Positions 24,456 through 35,900 of a stretch of 64,000 nt of DNA are shown here, in pieces. The stretch comes from Takakia lepidozioides (taxonomy: Eukaryota > Plantae > Bryophyta), in the NCBI GenBank assembly GCA_030704615.1, contig CM060732.1, positions 67,890,001 to 67,954,000 on the forward strand, read 5' to 3'. How positions within the stretch are numbered: the first letter of the stretch is position 1; every line of letters starts with the position of its first letter. The translations under genes were made by a program, and so were the position numbers. The notes under the pieces are model-generated. The model made no database searches and was not told the DNA's origin. It saw only the letters and a program-made list of their open reading frames with translations.

Positions 24456-25240
24456 CCCCTTGTTCGTCGGCGTTTTGGGGAGGGCCTCACAAGCCCCCCA
24501 CTTCAACCCCTGCATTGCCCCCCGCCGCAAAATCTCACTCGTGTGGCCGGTGCCACCTGCCACGTTGACGGTCAACTACTGGCTCTGGCAAATAATGAGG
24601 AACCTCGACGTGACCCGGAAAACGTCGCCGGATTCAGGCGAAATTCCGGCCACCGATTGCCTGACCTGAAGGAGGCCGGAAATTTCACAAAATCCCACAT
24701 CCCAAATGCAATTTAGGGAATTTTTGGGAAATTCTTGGGCAGTTCTTGGCCTATGAGGGATTGACCATTGGAATTCCCAAATGAAGGAGAATTTGGGGTA
24801 CCAATGGGGCCTATACCATTTCCTTTGCAAATTCTCTTTTTGGACCCCATTCCAGTCACATACAAAAACACCCCCGCTTTCATTTTCGCAGATTGGAGTG
24901 AAATTTGGTGTGAGGGTTTGGGATTGTGCACTTCATAGGAATATAGCACTTTTTCTTGCCAGGAAAATTTGGGATCATGGATAATTTGCTTGGTCAAACA
25001 TGAACTTTTGCTTTGTTTTTTCCATTTTCAAAAAAATACACTGTCTTCAAATGTTATAATCTCCCAAAATACACGGTGGAATCTCCCCAAATTTTGGGGG
25101 GCTTGTGCATCTGGTAGGTAGGAAGCAGTTTGTACGGTTCATCCAATTGGATGAACGTTGGTGGGCAGGTAGCCGCTGACGTGTGAGGGTGGGTCCCGGA
25201 ATTGTCCAAAAACCCAAAAACACCTTTCGTCCTTTAGGGG
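24455..25240 (-). mobile_element. piggyBac-type MITE, partial and rearranged copy of 57880-58915
   Basis: Ends tcgtcctttaGGGG|TTAA (25241-25244). 24579-25225 is the reverse complement of ~57970-58576. Confidence 0.8.
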
Positions 25241-27398
25241 TTAAATAACCGCCCAACATTGCTCTATTCCTTGTCTATCCTGTTGGCCACTCCCGTTGCT
25301 TTCTCTTGTATAGTTCTCCAGTGTCCTTATGCCTACTGTGGCAGGACCGTATATTATAGATCTTCTCTCTACCTTATAATTGCACACAACACTTCATATT
25401 CATATGCTAATAAGAAGCGCCTCAATTGTTAAGTCAGGACAAATCCAATCATCCTTTTAAGTGTCGTGGTCAGTGTTGCAGAACCTAATGACCTTTGAGC
25501 AGCTCCAGTTGCGGTAGAGGTTGAAGGCAAGCTGTTTTCTCTTGCCAACGGCTATGACAAGGTGAAGGAGCATTGTTTCCAGACAGTACCACACAAAGCA
25601 GTCAGATTAGCACACATGGGAAGGGAGTGATTTAGTGAAAGAAGGATGAGGTTTGTCATTTTATTGGAAAGAACCTGCATGTTCAGCTCCTGCCTTGCAA
25701 GAGGATGGTGTGCTCACAGTACCTGTAGGCCTTTGAAACACAACCTACAACAAATGCAGGACAGAGGATTAATTTGCAAAATGTTTCAATCTTCAGGGTG
25801 AAAGCAACAACTTTGTACCAGAGTTGAAGTGCACTTAGCAGTTTGCAATTCCTCACATTTATGATCATCTTAGTGTTGACTCTGAGAGCCCAAACATCCC
25901 GATGGGATTTGTTGTCCTGAGCCAAAATTTGAGGGTTGCTGCAGTTGAGTACGCAGAATGTGGTTACTGGGCATGTTGCAGGTTGTGCCCACCCCCGTCT
26001 CTCCTCGTGGTACGTAAGGAGAGGTGGTCGTTTCTTGCTTGCCGCAATTTGCTGTGTCTGCGCTGTGGTGAGAGTTGTCGGGAGGCCGAAGCATGCCTGC
26101 AGGCGTCATGCAGCAGAAGTTGTGAATGTACCTAGGAAGAATTCGATTATTCAGCGCAGTATAAGATTGCTCAAGACTGCTTGAAATACGTCACACCGGG
26201 ATGCTGCGCTGAACGTGTACATTAATTATACATCAACTGTTGTTTCTCCAAGATTTCTAAGACAACTTCACTCCTACCCCATTCTTTCAACGAGCGCTCT
26301 CCTAAAGTCCATCCTCTAGCCGGCTTCGCACAAGTTTCCAAGTTCACAGTAGTTTCTTGATCAGGTGAAGATGAGTAATACTAGCTAATGATTCATGATC
26401 AGCGACAAAAACACAACGATCACGGAGTACAAACAGCCAGGTAGACTGGAGATTACAGTGACAAGCAGGAAGTAGGTATATATGTAGCTAGAAGAGTTAT
26501 ATTTACAGAACCAAAGCCACAGCATCACCAATCTTGAACATTGGAAATAGAAGGGGGATGTCGCAGAGGGAAGAGAGAATCTGCAGTGTTTGGGAATTGG
26601 AGAACGTGTTTTCTGTATCAGAAACAGGAAGGGAGATCAGTAACCTACTTAAATGATGTACAGTAGTAATTCCTGTGTTGGTTCCCAATTGCTCAGTTCG
26701 ATTTGCTTCCCAGGCTGATAGCGGCCAGCATTGAGACAGCTTGCGTTGTGGGAGGTATCTAAGCTACTGTAAGGCTCTCAAATTTCTAGAAGTCACTGAT
26801 CATCACCGGAGCGGCCCTTTGACCACCAAAACTTGTAGCAGAGAATAATTCCAGCGAGACCAAAGACAATCACGACCACCGAAGTCACAATTGCAATGAT
26901 CGTTTCCACGTAAGGCGACATGATTACAAACTGCAAATGGCGAGCAGAAACTCGTAGCTCGAGCGAGAGAGAGACTGGAAAGTTAATAGTCGATGCAGAT
27001 CTGAGAGAGAGAGAGAGAAATGAAATGAATTGGTGCTTAATAAGAGAGAGAGAGAGAGAAAGAGAGCCCGGGGTAGATTGAAAGTTTCTCTAGAGTCCTG
27101 ACCGTGAAGGCAACGTTCACAGAAATTTGAATTCAAGTTGCAGACAATGATCTTTCATTTCAAAATTTGAACTAAAGCAAAACTTCACATTCAAAGTAGT
27201 GTAATTAAAAGAAGGCCTCAAAGCCTTCACAAACTGACTAGTGCAACTAAGCACATGATCGATATGGGGCAAACGCTTATGTTTTGGCTTAGTCCTACAT
27301 GGACTGACAATTCTACTATTTCCATTTTTCATCCCTGCAGATAGCTGGTTGTATCGTTCATTGTCCTTTCTCTCTCTCTCTCTCTCTCTTCTTCCACC

Positions 27399-30300
27399 TT
27401 CTCCCTGTCCTCTAGGAAGCCTATTGACATTGGGTGGACTTGAAACGGGAGTACATTAATGTCTCTGTGACTAAATGCCGGCCTTGTGACCTCGTGTCCT
27501 TGTTTGTTTCGACCTGAAGCGCTTTGCTTCAGGTAAGGTAGTGCATTGGATTTAGTTGGAAAGCTTGGGGCCTTTCCCTCTTTAGAATATGCCTACACGG
27601 GCCATTCCCTGCAGCTCCCTGGAGTGTGATCTCTGAATGGTAACAAGCGGACTCCTACCGCTTGGGGGCAGCCCCTCCGCCCAAATTGGGCAGTCGTATG
27701 CTCTGTCTAGCATACTCGGCACTTGGGCTCGGGTTGGTTCCTGTGCTTAAACTTATGGCCTGCGAAAACAATCAAAAATTTAGCTCCTATCAACATCAAC
27801 ACTCCTCAGGGTGATCCCTGGGAATTGGTTACATATGCCAAATCTGGGGCTTCATGTGTAGTTTTTGGGGTGAATCCCAGGATGGACGATGTGTCCTTTA
27901 AAACTACATGCTCTAGCTTAGGCTTGGATTTCATGGCTAATGGTACCATCTCGAGACTTGATAACAGGGGTTCGTTGAAGGTTGCAATGACCAAAGTGCT
28001 TCTAATAGAGTCCCGCATCAATTCAATCTCAAAGAAGTTCGTCCCTTGACTGGCTGGAGAGCGGTCTTAGACATTGGTGATTCAATGGGGCGCTCTAGGA
28101 AGACAACCAAGGGCAACAACTTCAACTTGAGAGTTTCTAATCGGTTTGATGCTCTGGATGAGGTTGAATCCAAACAGCCAGAAGGACAAGATGCCCCTAA
28201 GTGTACGGAACCTGAACGTCCTGAATCTGAAGGATTTGGTACTCTGAATGGTTTACCAATCCTCAAGGTTTACACAAGACGAACAAATTCTATACACGGG
28301 GTAATTGTCCCCAAGCCGTCAGATGGACAATCTGTCCCTAAGTGTGCAGAGCCTGAACATCGTGTAACTGAAGGATTTGGTACTCTAAATGGTTTACCAA
28401 TCCTCAAAGTCTACACAAGATGAGCAAAATCTATACACGGGGTAATTGTCCCCAAGCAGTCTGACGGACAATCTGCCCCTATGTGTGCGGAGCCTGTGCG
28501 TCGTGTAACTGAAAGATTTGGTACCCTGAATGGTTTACCAATTCTCAAAGTTTACACAAGACGAGCAAAATCTACACATGGGGTAACTGTCCCCCCTTTG
28601 CAGAACGGTTGGCCGTCCAGGAGCAATCACAAGCTACCTAGACGACAAACAATTCACACGCAAAGGGCTGGCTTGCGGCTGGCCACTTTCAACTTCTCAG
28701 GGTTGACCAACCAAAGGAAACAACTTGAAGTGGGACAAGTTCTTCGGACTAATGATATTCATATCTGTGCTGGGCAAGAAACATGGGAAACGTCGGATAA
28801 ACTGGTTGGAGATGTCAATGGTTATAAATGGGCAGGTAAGATTTGTACTCTCAAGGCAGCCTCTGCCAAACGCGGTCAAAAAGGGGTCAGATTCTTTGTC
28901 CGTGATTTCTTGTTTGACAATTGTGAAATTATCAACAAGGGTTTGAGGTACGAGCATAGTATCTGGCTAAAACTGAATTTGAAGGGCGGCATGAGTACAA
29001 AGGACCTCTTTGTTGGTTGTGTTTACATGCCCACAGAGGGGACCCTTAGTGCTGACGCAGACAAGGCCTCGAAGATGTAAAGCTGGACTGTGCTTCGTTC
29101 CTTGCCAAAGGTCAGGTGGTACTATTGGGGGACTTCAATGCCCGGGTGGGCAAAGGGATCCATCAGGACGATATCATTGGACCTTTTGGTGAGGACGAGC
29201 TGAATTCTAATGGCAGACGGTTAATTAACTGTCTAGAAGAGCTTCAGCTTTTGACCTTGAATAACAGGACAAGAGGTGACCAAGTGCAGTGGACTCTTGA
29301 GAAACCCCAAACTGGGGAACGTTCCATTGTGGACTATATCATAATGGACAAAATTTTGTTCCCCCAGTGTGCCAATGTGTTGATCGAGAGAACTGATATT
29401 GGTACCTCTGAGCACTTCCTGGTTTGGACTGAGATCAAAAGGTGTTTTCCCACCACCAAGAGATCTGTGAAACGTTTGATTCGGAAGTGGCGCATAGAAA
29501 AATCCACAATGAGGAGGTCAAGGCTGAGTTCGTCCAGGCCTTGCAAGAGGCTCTCCCTCATTTTGTCCAATCGCCATGGTGGTAATGACAAGAAATTCTG
29601 GTTGGCCCTTCAACGTTTGTACAAACCGAAAAACGGTCAGCAAGTACAAGCGCTGAAGACTACTAAAGGTGCAGTGGTGACTTCATCGGTTGACATTGTC
29701 AAAACCTTTGAAACTCACTACAGTATCCTTGGCAGAACTTCTAGGTCTAAGTGAGGGGTCTTCTGCTGAATGGAGGGACACAGTTGGAAAAACTGTTCCT
29801 ATGAATCAAAACAGCCCTGATGAACTGGAGTATATTTCAATGGCTTATAATGCTCCCATTAGTTCTTCTGAGATTGTGGAAGCAATTGAACATTTAAATG
29901 GATATAAAGCTGGTGGACCTGATGGTATTGTCAACGAGCTTATCAAGCACGGCGGCGATCCCATGATAGAGGCCCTAGTTCTCCTCTTTAACCTTATCTG
30001 GAAGACTGAAATGATCCCCTTTCGCTGGCGACAGGGGGTCATTGTCAATCTATACAAGAAGGGTGACAGAGAAGAACCGGGGAACTACCGTGGCATCACG
30101 CTCCTCAATGCTGTTGGCAAGACATTCTGCAGAGTTATAAGTACTCGTCTCGAGGTTGATCTGGAGTCTAGAGGTTGTTTCCACGAAGGCCAAGCTGGCG
30201 AAACAGGGGCTGTGTGGATCATATCTTCACTCTAAGCCAGATTATCCAGGGAAGGAAAAAAGAAGGGAAACCCACTTATGTCTTTTTCCTGATGTCAAAA

Positions 30301-31931
30301 AGGCTTATGACACAGTGTGGAGAGATGGCCTATGGTTCGCCTCTGGTCTTGTGGGATCAAGGGAAAGATGTGGAGAGTTGTCCACAACTTGTATGCTCAC
30401 ACCAAAAGCCATGTCACTGTTAACGGACAGAAGTCCAACTTCTTTGACATAGACCAAGGTGTAGCTCAAGGATGTACTCTCTCCCCTCTGCTCTTCAATG
30501 TTTTCATCAATCAACTCCTCGAGGATGTGGAAAGTGAGGGATTTGGGTTAAGGGTGGGTGATACCACCATACCAGCCCTTATGTTTGCGGATGACTTCGC
30601 AGGCATAGGGGAGACTCCAACCAATCTCCAGGAGTTGATTGATTGCGCGAAGAGATACTTTGATCTTTGGGGGCTAGAGGCTAATGTCAGCAAATGTGCA
30701 GTGGTAGCATTCAACGACAGAGGAGAGGGAGGAAGTGATCTTAAGTGGCAGTGGGATAGCCAAGAGATCCCGGTCCTCCCTTCCTACACTTACCTGGGCG
30801 TTGAGTTCTCCTCCAATTGTAATTGGGATGCACATATCCGGAAAGTTGTTCAAACTGGCAAGGGCAAAGCTCTGGGGCTCACTAAATTTTTCCACTGCAG
30901 AGGGGTCAACTCTGAGGAAAAGAAAACGATGCTTTGTCGCGTTATTAGACCTGCCTTGGAGTACGGATCTGCTATATGGGTTGATAACTCCAACCAGGCT
31001 AAGTCTCTAGAATCCATTCAAGTGGGGGTGCTTAAGGAGTGTATGTCAGCATGCTCCAAAACAGCCAATGTGGCTGTTCGGGGTGAGTTTGGCATTCCGT
31101 CCTTAAGCTCCCGACGAGATGAATTCAAGGTCAGATGGTGGGGTCAGCTGCAACATATGCCCAACACCAGATATCCTAAATTAATCGACTCTATATCTTG
31201 GAAACAGGACCGCCCTGTCAAACAGGCTAAGTCCTGGCAGAAGAGAGTAGAAGAGATCCTCAAGGACCTGGACCTGGATCCGCAAGTCTTGACCCTGCTG
31301 GATAAATCTGACTTAGAGGCTGTAGTGTCCTCAGCCATGTCTGTTGCCATGAGATTGTCTGATGAAAATGAAGTTAGGCAGAAAACTTCCCTGAACTTGT
31401 TTCCAGTCTGTGACATGGGGGAGGACATCTTGGATGACCTCAAGGACACCCACTCTCGGCACTAGACTGAAATTTAAACTCAGGGCAGGAAGCCTACCTT
31501 TGAACAGCAAACAGAAGCAGAGAGGAAAGGGAGAGTGCAATTGCCCGTTGTGTGGGCAATCTGAAGACAGTATTCATTTTCTGATACACTGTCCGGGGTT
31601 CTCTCACCAAAGAGAAACTCTCTTCAAATCTATTAAGGGAATTGTGCCTGTACCCCTGTTTACCAACTTTGAAAGTCTCGAGGCTGAGCCAAAAGCCCAG
31701 GCCCTCCTGAGGCCTAGTTTTTGGGCAAATCACACACAGCAGATTGATGCTTGTGTGAAGGGATTTCTAGAGGATATCTGGAAAACCCGGATTATTTCTT
31801 TATATGGAGGTAAGTCTTACTACCAACGTCAGCCCCTGACAGAGGTAGGTTCTGTCCCTTTTGTTCCCGCTCAAACTGGGCGCGGGGTCAATGGCCACAA
31901 GGCTACGGCAAACAACGTCTTATGAGTACAA
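27399..31931 (+). mobile_element. Near full-length LINE, family A (APE endonuclease, RT and C-terminal CCHC knuckle; RTE-X-like), disrupted ORF
   Basis: TSD TCTCTTCTTCCACC at 27385-27398 and 31932-31945. EN motifs TFNFSGL, GQETW, LGDFNA, IVDY and SEH; RT motifs NYRGITL, GVAQGCTLSPLLF, FADD and YLGV; CPLC...HFLIHC. The 3' end reads cttatgagtacaa. Confidence 0.92.
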
Positions 31932-31945
31932 TCTCTTCTTCCACC

Positions 31946-32200
31946 CAAACTGGGCCCAGGGCCTATGACCACAAGGCCACAGCAAACAACATCTTATGAC
32001 TGCATTCTCTTTGTGGCTAGTTGTGATCAATGGCCATACTATGGCAAGCCTACGTTAGCATGGAATGGTATCTCTCTCTCTCTCTCAAAAACACTCTGGG
32101 CACTAGACTGAAATTTGGGTGGGACACCTACCTTTGGACAGCAAACAGAGGAAAGGGGGATCGCAAATGCAGTTGTGTGGGCAACCTGAAGACAATATCC
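31946..32200 (+). mobile_element. Older LINE family A fragments
   Basis: 31946-32005 repeats the family 3' end. 32090-32200 matches the TLGTRLKF region and starts just after a (TC)n tract. Confidence 0.7.
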
Positions 32201-32980
32201 ACTTTTGATTTCTTCTGGAACGCAAACCTGATACAATGAATGAAAATGTATGCCAAAAAATATGGACAATCTGAGTCTAGTGTATGGCACTACACTTGTG
32301 TCTCAATGGCCTACATGAATGTTTCTTTGCCATGCATGCTTGCCAATTTTTTTAATTTAAATCAGACTAAACAATGTTCAACTAACTACAGTGTTCAAGA
32401 TTTCAAGAGCTGCGTTATTACAACACTTTGGAGTTATTGTCTTATGCATGATCAAGACAGCAACTGCCAGGTAGTTGTGGCTCTTCTTGAGCAGACGTCA
32501 GTAATTTTCTTTACTTTTGTTTTTTTTTTAACAGAACAGGGGACTATGGAAATTTATTAAAGGAGAAAAAGCAGGAAAAAATAACCTCTAGGGGGGCGTG
32601 AAGGCGAGAACTTTTTGTTCACAAGAGAACCTGCAGGAATTGATGATGCCTTTGATATTCCCCAGCAGCATCATTGAGTGCAGGACTTAGAGTGGTGTGT
32701 CTGTACACCAGGAAAGGTGCTCTAGATACGAATACGAAAATTAGTGCACTACCTGCCTGGTCTGCAGGATGAGGTGAGTATAAGACATGCCCTGCCCAAC
32801 ATGAATGTCTCAACAACATTCCTTTCCGAAGATTTGATGCTAGCTGGTTGGAAGCTCAAAGTGAGACATTAAGAGAGTGGAAAATGCTCACCCACTCTAG
32901 GCTTGTATTCATATTGCTTGCTTCCATGTTTTCAAATCAACAGATAAACCCCGGTGAGTCAAATCCCCACACACCATAGA

Positions 32981-35900
32981 CTATCGCAGATGCAACAAGA
33001 GGCGCTCCGGCTGCTCTATCAACAACTTCCACTCATTGCAGAAGTGGGCTACAGTAGCCCCGTCTATCACACGGTGGTCTGCTCCCCATGTCACCTGCAT
33101 CCATGTTTTAACAACACAGCTTGCTCAAGTACCACTCTTTTCAGTATCGACCTCTCTGTGCTAGAATCTGTCAATGGCAAGAAGCTTACAGCAGCAAAGT
33201 CTAATTGGTATCCTCCATGGATCTTGGCCATCAGGACAGATGCTCTACATACTGGTGGAAATCCATCCACACATCCAACCTTGACAGATTGCACTGGCAT
33301 GTTTGTGAACAAGTCTGAATCAGACCAGAAAGGGCTTCATACTCACCGTCATTACGGAAGAATTAAAGACACTGCCATCATCTGCTAACCGCGGCACTCT
33401 CTGTATTCTCCCAATTGCAACTATTGCAACTTCGGGGAGGTTGAGAATTGGTGAACCAAATTTCCCACCTATAGCCCCAAAATTGGTGACAGTGATTGTT
33501 CCCCCCGAGAGCTCTTCTGGTGCCAGCATGTTTGTCCCCGCCAGTTGAATTAATCGAGTTATCTCCGTTGCAATCTGAGAAAGAAAGAGGGAAAAAAAAG
33601 CTTAATAATGTCCTGGGAACCTATGAAGCATATCCGATAAAGAAAAGAGAAGGCAGAATGAAAGCGAGGCCCTCAACAAGAACCTCTGAAAGAACCCAGC
33701 ACTAACAACTATAAATTACACTCCTAATTTCCCAGTTTTAAGATAAATAGAAACATTGATTTTACTCTGCAACTCAGCCATTTCATATTTCTTCCTAAAG
33801 AGGATTTGATTTGGTTGACAGGGCTTGCCGGCCTTCGAATTGATGGATAAACGTGGGTGTTGTTGCACTGACAGTCACTTTGCAAAAAAGAAGTCATGAG
33901 CGGCACTGCTGAATTCAATCTCATCTTTTTCTGATATGAGGCACATGCCAGTGGACCATGAATACTCAATTCCAGGTAACAGATTTGTCTGTGCTCAATG
34001 GCCACGACGACTCCAGATTGAGTCTCATAGGCTGTAACCATGGGAGGTATAAGTATCAATTCTACAGCAACCAGCCCCTTGTCATTCAGGTCAGCTATGT
34101 GTGCCTTATAGTACATGAATACAGTAGCAGTTCGAACTTCAACATCATGTAGACATGATTGAGCCTCTATAAAAATCTGTATATCAGACAGCCAGCCCTA
34201 TGTGCTTATCGGCAGACCTGAGTCTAACAGTAGGATGGATTAAAATGTATAAGACGGTTGATTCTGATATCCTATAGGCACTAAGCCTGACAGCCTGCTA
34301 AGTTAGAAAACCAGTGCACAGAGGAAAGGGGAGTTTACCTCTAGTACAGAGAGGCGTTGAACATTCTTAACGTTCGGTACAACCAGCCCAAAGCTTGTGG
34401 CCATTGCAACTCCAACATTGTGCGTGGCTGCCAACCAAACCCAAGAATGAAAGGGCAAAGAAAAAATTCTGGTAATACATGAAATTTTTTCACCTCACCT
34501 TCTCCCTGGCTCAACTTGAGTGTGTGGTTGACGGAAGAACTGAGGTTGTCTTTCTGTAGATGAGAAAAGAATCTGTTTCCCTCTGTCAATATCCAATGTT
34601 GAGAGCCATTATGCAGATTTTCAGCTCTACACAAGCAGCGAGAGACAATATAACATCTCGTCAACTCATATGTGCATTCTCTCTCTCCCTAATCATGCTT
34701 TCTAGTATGAAGTCAAAACCCAATCTTCCATGAACACTCCTGTTCTTGTAGCCAGAATGAGAAAACGGCAATAGCAAGCTTTGTGGATTATCAACTCACA
34801 ACCAGGACAGTTAGACAAGACAGCAACATACCTTTAATCCGAATCTCCGTTGCATCCTCGTTGACTGTGCTGTTCATAATTGGGTACTTTTGCAGCGCCA
34901 CCGATAGAGATTTGATCAGAAAGGGCAAATATGTCAGCTTCACACCAGTTTCCAAAGGCACGCTAGCACTGAGGCTGTCCTTCAGCTCTACTAATGCGGC
35001 TACATCAACCTCCTCCATGTAGTGAAAGTGTGGGACAGCAGCAGCTGCTGTCATGGCCTTTGCCATTGCACGACGGAAACCCCTGGCATTACAAATCAAT
35101 CAGGCTCAAGATGCTCAATAGCTCGATCTCTCTGTCTCTCTCTTTACTGTCTTAGTCTGCTGTGCCATGGCCCTCTGGGTCTTCATAAACTTAATACATT
35201 TGTTTTTCTTCTCTCCTCCCTCTTAACTCATCTTCGTCCAATTGTGTTAGAAGTTGGCTCATGTGCATAAGGCGCTCTATTTCCAAACATTGGTTGCGGT
35301 CATTTGTTGCTTTGCTTACTGGTTTGATCTTCCAGTTCTACTCTGACCCATGGGCCTTCTTGGCTAATAAGTTTACTTGGTTGACTTTCCAAAGACTTTT
35401 GATTCGGTTCCTCGAGCCCTTCTTCTTCAAAGGCTCCACAGGATGGAAGTCCCCTCTGACATCATATATGCCATCTTATCAAGGTATGAGACTGTCATTG
35501 ACATGGTCAAGGGCGCAGGAGAATCTCAGCAGAAGTTGATCGCATAAAACAGGGCTGCCCTCTCTCACCAACCCTCCTTGGGATCTACATAGATGCCTCA
35601 CAAAGGTAGTTTGTGGTCCCTTTTGTTCCGCACAAACTGGGTGCAGGGTCTATGGCCACAAGGCTATGGCATACAACGTCGCATGAATACATTACATTCT
35701 CTACATGAGCACATGACATGAAAACAACGAAACTGAAATAGAAAGTCTTCTGCACTTCTAAGTAGAAGAGATGTATACCAATCTACAGATGTATGAGAAT
35801 CTACCTCATTGATAAATGTCCATACCTGACAGGAATGACTGTATCTTCTCCATTGAAGAACCCACTGCCTGTCTCTGGTGGAACAGGAGCATACTCTCTA

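Larger units (their letters stand above)
20384..25260. mobile_element. hAT-like non-autonomous DNA transposon carrying nested insertions
   Basis: Terminal inverted repeats gttgggcggttattta (20388-20403) and taaataaccgcccaac (25242-25257). The direct repeat GCTCTATTC at 20375-20383 and 25261-25269 is an 8-9-bp TSD. Subterminal ggttat/gcggtta motifs are present. Confidence 0.7.

Noticed and set aside
25280-27360. Possible spliced gene or MIRNA precursor
   Set aside because: Splice-like signals exist, but I found no coherent protein, no conserved miRNA sequence and only a weak hairpin near 26730-26785.
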